From: Octopus vulgaris
Lineage: Eukaryota
Direction of reading: 5' to 3'
Assembly: GCA_951406725.2 (NCBI GenBank)
Contig: OX597820.1
Location: forward strand, 81,158,001-81,222,000
Length of the DNA stretch: 64,000 nucleotides
The position numbers were made by a program, and so were the translations under genes. The notes under the pieces were generated by a model that ran no database searches, was not told where the DNA came from, and worked only from the letters and a program-made list of their open reading frames with translations. Positions 13,349 through 25,649 of this stretch are shown piece after piece; position 1 is the first letter of the stretch; every line of letters starts with the position of its first letter.

Positions 13349-13351
<3 letters not shown>
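13097..13351 (-). mobile_element. tRNA-derived CORE-type SINE
   Basis: Minus starts gtggaggtgcaTGGCTTAGTGGttagggtg (A box), has a degenerate B box (tttgattcc), then CORE-like gttcttgagcaaaacacttcatttcac. Confidence 0.8.
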
Positions 13352-13443
<92 letters not shown>

Positions 13444-13529
13444 ATATATTATATTACACATTATAAATATAATATATATATAATTATATATATACACACA
13501 TATATATTATACTACATATTATAAATACA

Positions 13530-13576
<47 letters not shown>

Positions 13577-13776
13577 CAATTATATGTTACATTACTCGAT
13601 AGAAATAGAGTAACAGATTTTGTTGAATTTTCTGCTGCTTAAAATAAAGTATATATATATATATACATATATATATTATATTACACATTATAAATGTAAC
13701 ATATACATATATATTATATTACATATAAATATAATATATATATCATATATATGTTATAATACACATTATAAATATA

Positions 13777-13855
<79 letters not shown>
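13352..13855. repeat. (TA)n / (CA)n compound microsatellite region
   Basis: About 90 bp of pure (TA)n, followed by TA-rich degenerate units and (CA)n(TA)n. Confidence 0.95.
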
Positions 13856-13856
<1 letters not shown>

Positions 13857-14026
13857 AAGGATGTAATATATTATTATTCCACAGCCATACCAACAATCCA
13901 ACATATCTTCATCATCAGCTGCTCCATGGCTATTACTATGGTTTCGATACAGTGGTGTCAACAGCACTAAAATAAGTGTTGTTTGGTAACAATCTAACCA
14001 ATATATATAGGAAACATATATACATG

Positions 14027-17000
14027 AAAAATAGGAGTTGAAACTGTACTGAGAATAGTTAAAATATTTTTTATTAATATATTTAAAGCTTTAACTGGTT
14101 TCACAGTTTACAATGATTTCCAAAAAGTTCGAATAGAAAGACATGGTTTATGTTGCAGGTGTCTTGCTTCTGACTAGTGTTTGAAGCTTACCCTATTTTT
14201 ACAGGAGGTTTATGGCTCAAATTAGTATATGTTTTGAATAAGATTTGATTGGCAGAGGATAGTCACATGACTGGTCTTTGAAATTTTTGTAGGTTCCCTG
14301 CTATGTCTGTGTGTTAGTATCCAGTGACAATGTTTGATGTTGTAAGTTAAGGCTGACACGGTTGACTGAACAAGTCTAAACATTCAATGCTATGAATGTT
14401 TTCTGTCAAGTGTTTCTAGAGAATGAAGACATGATTAAGTTTATAACCCTTTGGACATTTGCCAGTATGTTAGCTTGTCATGTGACAATATATTTTGTAC
14501 CTAAAAATAAGGCTGGCACAGTTGAGTGAACATGTTTAGTTATAATCAAGGCACTCCAAATTTAATCTGCCTGGTGGGAGAATGGACAGGTGTCGTTTGT
14601 ACATTATTAAAATGAAAAGCAATAATGACATTATAATTAAGGAAGCAGACAAGGGAAGTGCTTTTTTATTATGTATACTGAACACTACAAAAGAGATATA
14701 CTATCTACATTACATGATATGACCCACTACAGAAAGGTAAATAACTACCATAAAATCAAAGACAATGACTAAATTGAACACACTCATTCACAGACATCAA
14801 AAAGGTTTAACAAAGAATGTGACTACCTAACCCATTTTGATTGCAAGACTAGCTGCTTCTATGGTTTCCCAAAAATTCATAAGAATCAAACTATTAAGAA
14901 TGCATATAAAGGACCAACTTCAAGTTGCATAAACATACAATATCCCACCAATCTTGAATTTAGACCAATTGTAGCAGGTCTGAACTGCAAAACAAACACA
15001 CTGACTTGGCAAATTTTTAGACACATTACTGAAACCTATTTTAAAATACATACCAAGCCTTGTAAGGGATGACCTGAACCTGTTAAACCACCTCCCAAAA
15101 TTCATACCACTATAGTATCTTTTGATGTGGCAAACCACTATACCATAATCCCACACCAATATTGACTAGAGACAATAAATTTCTGGCTTGAGAAACTCCT
15201 TCATGAAATTCCAGACAGAATTGAAAAGAGTTTCATCACTAAAGGATTAAAGCTTCTTCTCGAAAACAACTTTTTTGATTTTGATGGCAATATTTATAAA
15301 CAAATATCTGGGACTGCAATGGGAACAAAAGTTGCATTGACTTACACCAGTCTACTTATGGCATACATGGAGGTCCAGATATATGAAGAATCTAAATTAA
15401 AATATGGCTTGAACTTCCACAAATATCTACTAGAAAACTGGAAATGTTACTTAGATGACTGCCTAATCTTTTAGACACACACATTTGAACAACTTATAGA
15501 TTTCAAAAATCTAATCAACAGCATAAATAATAATATTAACTTTACCACAGAATACAGTAAATCTCAACTACTATTCCTGGATATACTAATCATCAAAAGA
15601 GATAAAATCATTGAAACAGATATTCACTACAAATAAACAGATTCTAAACACTATTTACTGTTCTTCTCATGCCATCCCAAATGCACAAAGAATAATAATC
15701 CCTTTAATCTACCAAGAAGAATCTTCACAATTGTCTCAAACCCTGAAATTCACAATAAAATACTCCAGGAACTAAAACAAGTACTACTTAAAAGATAATA
15801 TCCTTTAATGTTAACCACAGAAAATGAAAAACACTCCAGATACATCCAATACTCTACTCTTTATTACAACACACAAACCAAGAAACACAGAGGTTTACAA
15901 TATAATCCACCAGGACATCCCACTACTAAAACAAGACCCAAGAATGAAACAGGCATTCAAAATACACAAAAGTAAAAAAACAATCAAAGCCCCTCAAAAA
16001 TGTCCTCATAACTGCTAAATTACCTTCCACAATTCCTACACTGACAGTCATAAAGTATGACCACCCCAACTGCAAGACCTGCATCAATCTTATTGAAGAC
16101 ACAACATACAAATTCAAATCAGGACAGATTTTTACTGTAAAAAAATCAGTTTACATGTTCTTCAAGGAATTTAATATACATTATCAAATATCAAGGATGT
16201 AATGAAGATTACATAGGTCAAACTAAGCTTACTCTAAGAAATAGACTGACCATTCACCAACAACAAATATAAGACGCCAGTACTAGACAAATTCCACTGA
16301 GTGGATACATAGACATACATACAAAAAAATGTCACCAAAATTCCAGGTTTTCCCACTCTAGCTATGTTCAATGAATACCACAGATGAAGCATGGATAAAC
16401 AAAGAAAATACTTTCATATGAAAGTACAAACCAAGACTTAACAAACTTTAACAGAGTACATACACAAATAACTATTCACACACAAAACTCATTTTGTTAC
16501 TTATGAGGAACCTACACAGCTAACAACCTAAAGTTTAGCCACTGGACTACATACAAACAACTGCCCACTTTCCCACCAGACAGATTAAATTTAGAGTGCT
16601 TTGATTATAACTAAACATATTCACACAACCGTGTGGGCCTTCTTTTTAGATGGGAAACATACAAAAGGTTATAAACTTAATCATGTCTTCATTCTCTAGA
16701 AACACTTGACAGAAAACATTCATAGCATTGAATGTTTAGACTTGTTCAGTCAACCATGTCAGCCTTAACTTACAACACCAAACATTGTCACTGGATACTA
16801 ACACAGGGATGTAGCAGGGAACCTACAAAAATTTCAAAGACCAGTCATGTGACTATCCTCTACCAATCAAATCCCATTCAAAATATATACTAATTTGAGC
16901 CATGAACCTCCTGTAAAAGTTAAGTAAGCTTCAAACACTAGTCAGAAGCAAGACAGCTGCAACAAAACCATGTCTTTGTATTTGAACATTTTGAAAATCA

Positions 17001-17086
17001 TTGCAAACTGTGAAACCAGTTAAAGCTTTAAATATATTAATGAAAATATTTTAACTATTCTCAGTGCATTTTCAACTTCTATTTTT
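14027..17086 (+). mobile_element. Penelope-like retroelement, 5'-truncated, flanked by inverted pseudo-LTRs (14027-14589 and 16561-17086)
   Basis: The two ~530-560 bp ends are reverse complements of each other, and the internal region carries RT and GIY-YIG motifs. Confidence 0.92.
14600..16451 (+). pseudogene. Penelope-like RT + GIY-YIG endonuclease ORF, disrupted
   Basis: DIIIKEADKGS (~14628-14660), FYGFPK, RPIVAG, SFDVA, GTAMGTK (~15310), YLDD (~15448), FLDI (~15574), NLIYII...YIGQT..R...H (~16168-16258) and KYKPRLNKL*; multiple stops and frameshifts. Confidence 0.9.
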
Positions 17087-17560
17087 GCTATATTTCTACC
17101 CATATGGAATAAAATAATTTTGTTTTCCACACACACACATTGGGGAGTAAGAGTGTGTGTGAAATTTTATATTCTGATTCCACATATTGCTTGGAGTTCA
17201 TTTTGGTGCAAAAACTAAATTAACAAATTTTAAAAAGTATGCAACCACTCCTACCCCTTGCATATCCACCACTCTAATTCTGCATTTTGAATACTGAAAA
17301 TGTAAGGAACTGTAAACTTGTTTTAATGCTATTAACTTTGTATTGATTAAATCTTACCTATATCACATTTTATAAATTATATGCAACCCCACAACCACCT
17401 GAAAAAAACAGTTATTGGAATCTTTAACTACTTATGTAGTTTATTAGTTTGCTTTTTTTTTACAAAAAAAGTCTATATTCAGAAAAGCATTTTCAATGTA
17501 AAAATAATGTAAATTCTTAATGACTATTATGATATGCAATAAAAAAAATATGCATGAACA

Positions 17561-18130
17561 TCAAACAAAATACATTATCAGTGAACACCATAAAATATGC
17601 ATTGACCATTGCCTTTTCCAGTTAAAGTGAGGTAAACTTTGTCTTGATTTCTGTACATTTAATATTAATTTATGCCTATTTTCATGGCCTATTCTGACTT
17701 CAGAAGATTTAGTCACTAAATTGATAGCATGTTTGACTCCTTGGCTATGGCAGTCAAATCTTTTTATTTGTTTGACATAACAAGTGCATGTGTATGTCTC
17801 AAACATTTCATTGAACTCCTCTAATTTCTTATCAAAACTATCTCCTCTTTGCTTGATAAGTGTTTTGTTTAATTTATAAGCAGATTCAATCAATCTCTCA
17901 ATTTTTAGAGTTATTCCCTCCAACCCAATATAAGAAGAAAAAAATTTGTCCCATATTGTTTTCACATGTACAGCAACAATCTCTGAGCATTCTTTTGCTG
18001 TGGGTGAAGTTTTTGATATCTGTTCTTAATATTTTCTTATGTATAAATAATGTTGGAATAAATCAGCCTTTGATGGGGTCATTGCTGTAGGAAATTCTGC
18101 AGGGAATCCACATGTTGAATAATGGCTTTT
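17561..18130 (-). mobile_element. Possible DNA-transposon-derived coding remnant (unclassified)
   Basis: Non-repetitive 134-aa ORF (IWDK...KIERLI...LEEFNEMFETYTCTC...C) resembles N-termini of invertebrate transposase-like proteins; no catalytic motif seen. Confidence 0.3.
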
Positions 18131-18263
18131 ATTTCTAGTTGCCATTATATAATTTTATATATTTAAATTATTACAATTTAAATTTATGTAGATATTTTTG
18201 TAAAATTATAATACAATTTAGCTCTGAAATAATCTGAAAAACAAAAGAAAATCACTTAACAAA

Positions 18264-18683
18264 TGCTCTTTTACTTGACTCTTTTACTTGTTTCAGTCAT
18301 TTGACTGTGGCCATGCTGGAGCACCACCTTTAGTTGAGCAAATCAGCCCCAGGACTTATTCTTTGTAAGCCTAGTACTTATTCTATCAGTCTCTTTTGCC
18401 GAACCACTAAGTTACGGGGACGTAAACACACCAGCATCGGTTGTCAAGCGATGTTGGGGGACAAACACAAACACACAAATATATACACACACACATATAT
18501 ATATATACATATATGTATACGACGGGCTTCTTTAAGTTTCCATCTACCAAATCCACTCACAAGGCTTTGGTCAGCCCGAGGCTATAGTAGACGACACTTG
18601 CCCAAGGTGCCACGCAGTGGGACTGAACCCAGAACCATGTAGTTGGTAAGCAAGCTACTTACCACACAACCACTTCTATGCCT
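18264..18683 (-). mobile_element. Full-length tRNA-derived CORE-type SINE (same family as 2974-3378)
   Basis: High identity by eye to 2974-3378 along the whole length. Confidence 0.9.
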
Positions 18684-19078
18684 ATACATATTCTAAAAAA
18701 TGTATACATATTCCAAAAAAAATTCATTTAACACACTGAAACGTTATAATTTTACCATGTTGGAGGGGTACCTACCAACCAATTGTCTTATATCTCAATG
18801 TTTTTGCTATTGTTAGTCATCAGATGTTTCAAACAAGGTTTCCACAGTGAAATATGATCAAATGTTTCATATCCGTAAGCAATTTAGTATGTATATGTTA
18901 GAGATTATATGATTAATAAAGAAAATTAGGTTATTTTATTGAAGGAGGGGTATGATATGGGTAAGGGGGCAGAGGGTCACACAACAATAATTTCCAATTA
19001 TTTTATTTAAAATACTATTTGAAACTCTGTGCATACCATGGAATTAAGGCTCCTTTAAAATGGTTGTTTCGATCGCAC

Positions 19079-19121
<43 letters not shown>

Positions 19122-19859
19122 ATATATATACAAAATTGGGACAAAAATGCAATAGTGGACATCAAAACGTTTGGACAGATAGACGACACAAAGGCAGACA
19201 AGAGAAATAACAATTAGAAGGACAGGCAAAAAAAGACAGGTCATTTTTGGCTTTCTTTCATCAGTTGAGTACCAGAAGTCATGACCATTTTGGACAGTTA
19301 CACTTGAGATGGTTCAATCTGGTTGTCCCCTAAAAAGTCTAAGCTAAGAGTATTAGAACCCTTCGTAAGAAAGCTAGCAAATGTGTATGGCAACAAAGAT
19401 GAAGAAACAAACAAAAAACGGAGAACATGGTACACAATTATGAATACAACAAGAAATAACAACAGGCGTCTTTTGACTGAGAACAATTCAAATTGAGCTG
19501 GCATATATGAAATAAAAGCCTAAAGGCAGGAACATGGGACATGGACACAATCAGGCCAAGAAAGAAATATCATGGCTGGCCAGATATTTCATGTGGAGGG
19601 AGGAGAGATGGGTAGGAGACAGCGGGATTGGAGGATTAGATAAAAAATCAGAGACAAAGGGAAAGGTGCAGGGGAGACAAATGAGTGAGAAATAGTGGGA
19701 GTTAAAGAAAGAGAAGGCCAAGAAATGTGAGAGAGGGGCAGAGAGAGAAAGGAAGAAAAATGAGAGGGGGAATAAAAGATAAAGTTAGAGTCATACAAAA
19801 TTTAGATACATACCTACTATAAGGTGAGCACAAGGGTGTATGTATGCACAAGGGTGTAC

Positions 19860-19895
<36 letters not shown>

Positions 19896-19907
19896 CATTA
19901 TAGATAT

Positions 19908-20207
19908 CATCACGTGACCGACCAGTCCATCAGATGTAGTTACACATCGCTGGTCACAATGCGTTCGCATTGTTTTAGCTTTCGAATGACGCTACCCCAC
20001 TGGCTAAGCAAGCAGGCCAACAGAAGAAAGAGTGGAAGAAAGAGTGGTGAAAGAGTACAGCAGGGATCACCACCCCCTGCCAGAGCCTTGTGGAGCTTTT
20101 AGGTGTTTTTGCTCAATAAACACTCACAACGCCTGGTCTGGGAATCGAAACCGTGATCCTACGACCGCGAGTCCGCTGCCCTAACCACTAGGCCATTGCG
20201 CCTCCAC
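19908..20207 (-). mobile_element. Young tRNA-derived SINE with 11-bp target-site duplication
   Basis: Minus head gtggaggcgcaaTGGCCTAGTGGttagggcagcggactcgcggtcgtaggatcacGGTTTCGATTCCC; CpGs retained; attatagatat at 19897-19907 and 20208-20218. Confidence 0.85.
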
Positions 20208-20421
20208 ATTATAGATATAACATATATATATATATATAATATATATATTATATTATACAATATAAGATATAACACACACATATATATATATCATATATAT
20301 TATACATTATAGATATAACACATATATATATGATCAGGAAATCGTAAATCCAAAAGAGAAGCACACTCTAATTTATAGAGCAGTAGAGTAATTAGATGAA
20401 AATAGTTATGTCTGGTCTATG

Positions 20422-20480
20422 GGGTTACTCTAGATTTCACGTCCATAAAGCATTTAACTTTACAGTATTTCTTCAGACCC
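20422..20480 (-). ncRNA. Type-I hammerhead ribozyme motif
   Basis: Minus: GGGT CTGAAGA aata-CTGTAAAG-ttaaatg-CTTTATGG-acgt GAAA TCTAGA GTA ACCC; stem I GGGT/ACCC, canonical core, palindromic stem III loop, GUA triplet. Confidence 0.65.
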
Positions 20481-20545
20481 TAATGGCCGCTGACCTATAA
20501 CCACTCTTCAAGGTGCAGGGAGAAAAGGACTCATAGCTAGTTATC

Positions 20546-20592
<47 letters not shown>

Positions 20593-21039
20593 GCACACAC
20601 ACAGAGTATGTACGTGTGTATATTTCAAAAATTACATTTCCTATATTCGTTTCAATATCTCACATAAATCCTCAAAAGTATATCATTACTAATACAACAA
20701 TATAATAGTTGTACATGATGCGATTATTATCTTAGCACAGATATTTTTCATAATATGAAATTCCAGTCACCATTGCTAATATATAGAGAGACTCAAATAA
20801 ACGAAAGCAACAAATAATGGATCAAAAGAATGAATGCAAATAATAATGGTAATAAATCTACAAAGAAGCATGCTATCTGCTCATCTGCCAGCTCAGCATG
20901 GACAAATAAGCAATTAATCACTTTTTCCATAGTTAGACAGATGGCATTGGTCAAATGAATCAGACAAGCTGATGACAATAAAAGATAGCAAATGTAAATA
21001 TCAAAAGTAAGACAAAGCTGTGTTATTAGGGGTCACACC

Positions 21040-21212
21040 ATCATCATTCTCCTCATTTAACATCTGCCTTCCATGCTAGTGTGGGTGGAACACTTTGACA
21101 GGAGCTGGCCAGGCAGAAGCCTGCACCAGACTACTATTCTGTGACTGTTTCAACAGGATTTTTACAGCTGGATGCCCTTCCTAACACCAACCCACCCAGC
21201 AGAGTGGACTAT
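21040..21212 (-). mobile_element. Family A repeat fragment
   Basis: catcatcat...ttccatgctagtgtggg...ggatgcccttcctaacaccaac. Confidence 0.7.
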
Positions 21213-21222
21213 TTAAATCCCA

Positions 21223-21281
<59 letters not shown>

Positions 21282-22116
21282 ATGTGCGTGTGTATATATA
21301 CATATACACACACACACACACATATATACATAAAAAGAAATGTATACAAATACATCTATCTTTAGCATATAGGAATCCACTTTAGTGGTCATTCCTCTTA
21401 TCATTTGTAAATACATCAATATATATAATAAGCTATGTATCTTTGTATATAGTACAAAGTAAGATAGGGGTTATGAGGGTTACCCACTATGGGATATCAG
21501 TTATCCAATATACTGCTGGTGAAGCATTTTTTGTGAGTAATACTTCAGTGATTGAAGCTGTAGAATTTATTCTAAATTATATAGTTTATACTTTTTTAAA
21601 TCATTCAACATGAGCTGTAGACATTCTGTTTAGTTTTTGCATTCCTCTCATAATACTTGATAAAACTTTTCTAAATTATCCAACAGCATTTCTACTTTGT
21701 TGCTGTAACAGCATCTCTAATTAGTTTTTTTTGTATTTGAAAGTTCATTCTTCTTAATGCTTAATTAATCTTATCTTACATATAGTAAAATGCAATGTGT
21801 TTCACATCGGTTATAACCTAGCAGAAGGAAACTAAAACAATGAACCAAGTAGGAGTGAGTGACTGTCAGAAATGCTAAGTGCAGGTGAAGTGCAGTGAGA
21901 GGTTTCACTCAGAAGTCATTGTACAATTTTTATCATAAATATTTATTTCAACAATTTTACATATACACACATTCATTGGTCAATAACCGATGAAGAATTA
22001 GGGTCCTTCTGTGTCTGTCCTACATATATGTTTTGTAGCTTTTAATGCATTTTTCTTTTATGGCGTAACTGAATGCATCCTGACTTTTGTTAACAATAAG
22101 TTTATATATATACATA

Positions 22117-23368
22117 CAGGGGCTGGATAAAATAATGAAAACACCTAGCATCATAGCATTATAATTTTGAAATATCTATAAAACTGTCAAAAGTTTGTTT
22201 ATTTTTATGTTTTTTGGTTTATTATTAGTGTTGCTTAATTTGTTTTGATAAAATTGCTGTTTCTTTTCAGATATCATCAGAAAAAGATAATTAAAATGAC
22301 AGATCTATCAGACTTTCAAAGAGGTCAAATTCTTGGTGCTCGTATAGCAGGTGTTAGCGTCCAAAATGTTTCGTGTATCAAGAAGTACTGTCTCGAAAGT
22401 AATAACAGCCTTTGAGAAAGAGGGAAAAACCTCCTCGTTGAAACAAAACTCTGGAAGAAAACCCAAACTTTCAGATAGGGACCATCAGACTCTTACACAA
22501 ATTATTAGAAAGGATCACAAAAGTACAGCTCCCAAAATTACTGTAGCGCTTAATGACCACCTTGAGAACCCAGTTTCCACAAAAGCTATCCTCCGAGAGC
22601 AACACAAAGCCGAATTTCCCAGGAGAGCTGCAATCAGAAAACCACCACTTTCAAAAACAAACATTGCAAAGCATTTATAGTGGAGTAAAAACCCACAAAA
22701 TTGGTCCCCAGAGCAGTGGAAGAATGTTATTTTCTCAGATGAGTCATCCTTTACCTTATTTCCAACCACCAGCCAAGTATACGGGTGGAGACAGCCAAAA
22801 GAAGCATTTGACCCAGACTGCCTTCTTACAACTGTTAAACATAGAGGAGGATCTGTGATGATCTGGTGGGGCTATATCTTGGAAATCCACTAGCCCAATG
22901 GCTTCCCTTCATTGCAGAATTAATAGTCAAGACTATTTAAGCATTTTTTCTGATCAAACTCATCCTATGGTTGTGGAACTGTTTCCGGAAGGAAATGCAA
23001 TCTTTGAGGATGATAATGCACCAATTCACACAGCTAAAGTTGTTACTGATGGCATGCAGAACATTCTAGTGAAGTTGAACATCTTATCTGGTCATCACAG
23101 TCCCCAGATCTCAATATTATTGAACATTTATGGTGCATTTTAGGAAAACAAGTAAGGAGTCGATATCCTCTACTATCATCACTACAAGAACTAGAGACTG
23201 TTTTAGCTGAAGAATGGACAAAAATTCGTTTAGAAACAATTCAAACTTTGTATGAGTCCATACCTCATAAAATTCAAACTGTAATTACTGCCAAAGGCGA
23301 TCCTAACCCATATTAAAATAAATTTGTTTGAAATTTTAAGGTGTTTCCATTATTTTGCCCAACCCCTG
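22117..23368 (+). mobile_element. Full-length Tc1-family DNA transposon (1252 bp), TA target-site duplication, ~30-bp TIRs
   Basis: TA|CAGGGGCTGGATAAAATAATGAAAACACCT ... AGGTGTTTCCATTATTTTGCCCAACCCCTG|TA. Confidence 0.95.
22296..23316 (+). pseudogene. Tc1-like transposase, frameshifted (apparent DD36E)
   Basis: MTDLSDFQRGQILGAR, SGRKPKLSDRD, WKNVIFSDES, TVKHRGGSVMIW, FEDDNAPIHTA, SPDLNIIEHLW and AKGDPNPY*; several frameshifts and stops. Confidence 0.92.
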
Positions 23369-23378
23369 TATATATAGT

Positions 23379-23841
23379 GGCCTTGTGCCAAAATTTGTAA
23401 TTGTTAGCATGCTGGGCAAAATGCTAAGCAGCATTTCAATCATCTTCATGTTCTGAGTTCAAATTCTGCTAAGGTTGACTTTGCCTTTCTCCTTTCAGTG
23501 TCAATAAAATAATTATCAGTTTAGCAATGGGATTGAAGTAATTGACTTTCTCCCTCCCCTAAAATTTCAGGACTTGTGCCTATATCAGAAAAGATTATTA
23601 TTATTTTTATTATTATTAGTTAAGAGCAGTGAGCTTGACAGGATTGATACAATATTGGAAAAAAAAAAAAATGCACCATGGCATTTATTCCAGATCTTTA
23701 CATTCTGAATTCAAATCCCACTGAAGTCAGATTTGCTTTTTATCCCTCCAAGATCAATAAAATAAAGCACTATCAAGTATTGAGGTTAATGGTATCAACA
23801 AATCCTTTCCACTGAAAACTGTTAATCTTATTCGTGAATCA

Positions 23842-23872
<31 letters not shown>

Positions 23873-24940
23873 TATTATTATTATTATTATTTAAGGTGGT
23901 GAGCTGGCAGAATCGTTAGCAGGCCAGGCAAAGTGCTTAGTGGTATTTTGTCCATCCTTACTTTCTGAGCCCAAATTCTGCCATAGTTGATTTTGCCTTT
24001 CATCCTTTTGGGGTCAATGAAATAAGTACCAGTTGAGTACCGGGATCAATGTAATTGACTAGCCTCCTCCCCGAAATTTCAGGCCTTGTACCTATCGTAG
24101 AAAGGATTATTACTATATGTGGTGAAGCAGCAGAATCACAAGGGCACTGGAGAAAATACCTTGTGGTTCTAAATTGCAACTCTTTATATTAAATCCATCC
24201 AAGGTCAACTTGGTCTTCTTCTTGTCAGGATGTGCCAGTCAAGTACTAGTGCTGATGTTATCAACTAAACCACTCCCCTCTGATTTTCTAGCCTCATGCT
24301 TAACTCATAAAACCTTAAAATAGCAGTGAAGTGGCAGAATCATTAAAGAATCAGAAAAAAAGATCTTGCTGTATTTCTGGCTTTTCATGTTCTGAGTTCA
24401 GCTTTATCTTTTATCCTCTGGGTATCAACTAACCCCAACCCATACTGATGGCTTTGTACCTAAATCAGAAACCATTATTGTTATTGTTACTATTATTAAG
24501 GTGGCAAGCTGGCAGAATCATTAGCACAACGGACAAAATGCTTAGCAGTATTTTGTTTGTCTTTACACTAAGCTCAAATTCAGTTGAGGTTGACTTTGCT
24601 TTTCAGGGTTGATAAAATAAGTACCAGCTGAACTTAACCTTTCTCCTGAAATCGTTGGCATTGTGGTAAAATTTGAGACCATTAGTATTATAATATTATT
24701 ATTATTAAGGTAGTGAGCTGGTAGAACTATTAGAAGGACCAAATGCTTAGTGACATTTCGTTTGTCTTTGCGTTCAAATTCTTAGTGACATTTTGTCCAT
24801 CTTTGAGTTCAAATTCTGCAGAGGTTAACTTTGCTGTTAATCCTTTTGGAGTCAATAAAATGCCAACTGAATACTGGGGTTAATGTTATTGACTTTCCCC
24901 CACTTACTTCCAAAATTGCTGGCCTTTATTATTATTATTA
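23379..24940 (+). repeat. Head-to-tail array of about 7 Meta-domain-like SINE monomers (family M) separated by (ATT)n
   Basis: Units start near 23400, 23622, 23893, 24118, 24318, 24498 and 24707. Each has degenerate versions of gagctggcagaatc, gagttcaaattc, tttgcctttcatcc, aataagtaccag and ggccttgt. Confidence 0.88.
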
Positions 24941-25649
24941 TTTGTGGCAATGGTGGTGGTGGTGGTAGAAACAGCCATAATAGTGGTGATATAAATTCCT
25001 AGTAATAAAAATATCACTTTATTTCCCACTTTTATTTCCAGTTAAGTCTGATGGATTAAAAACATTTTTTTTCTGACAGAATATTTAGAAGACATTGCAA
25101 GTGAGAGGTAGTAACATGTGTTAACCTAGCAATAACTATATGGATTCCTTGTTGCTATGGATTTTCTTCAAAGAAAGGAGGAATATTTTGGAAAATATCT
25201 TACAACAAATTATGGAATAATGTCAACTTAGGCAAAGCAGCATACTGGAACTAGAGAATATTGACATAATAGAATAAAGAAAAAAGAACTTTCTTTTTAT
25301 GGAATTAAATGATCTGACAAGAATTATAAAGATTATATAGAAAGACAAATACTTAGTTTGGTTTGACAGGAGAGAAGTTGAAAGTAGAAAGTTTTTTGAG
25401 GTTTTATTAGTAATAGCTAAGAATTATGAGGCTTACGGAGTTACCATTATACAGTGTGTCTGGGGAAAAAAATCAAGAGTTTGTTGGAAAAATTGTATTT
25501 GAAATGACAAAGATGCAATTTTATTTAAACATGCCTTCATTGTTAAATAAAAGTTAGTTTGGAACAGAACTGAAGAAAAAAACCCCAAGAAAACTTTTGT
25601 TTGAATGAAGAGTTATGGAGCAGTTACAGAGATGAGGTAGGAGTTAGTG

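Noticed and set aside
19130-19590. Repeat-like segment with CTGATGA on minus at ~19258-19264
   Set aside because: No GAAA or stem II at the right spacing and no second copy in the window, so it cannot be classified.
20135-20207. tRNA-like sequence
   Set aside because: It is a SINE head continuing into the SINE body with a TSD; no complete cloverleaf.
23379-24940. CRISPR-like regular repeat spacing
   Set aside because: Units are ~200-bp diverged SINE monomers in eukaryotic DNA; no constant short repeats with unique spacers and no cas genes.
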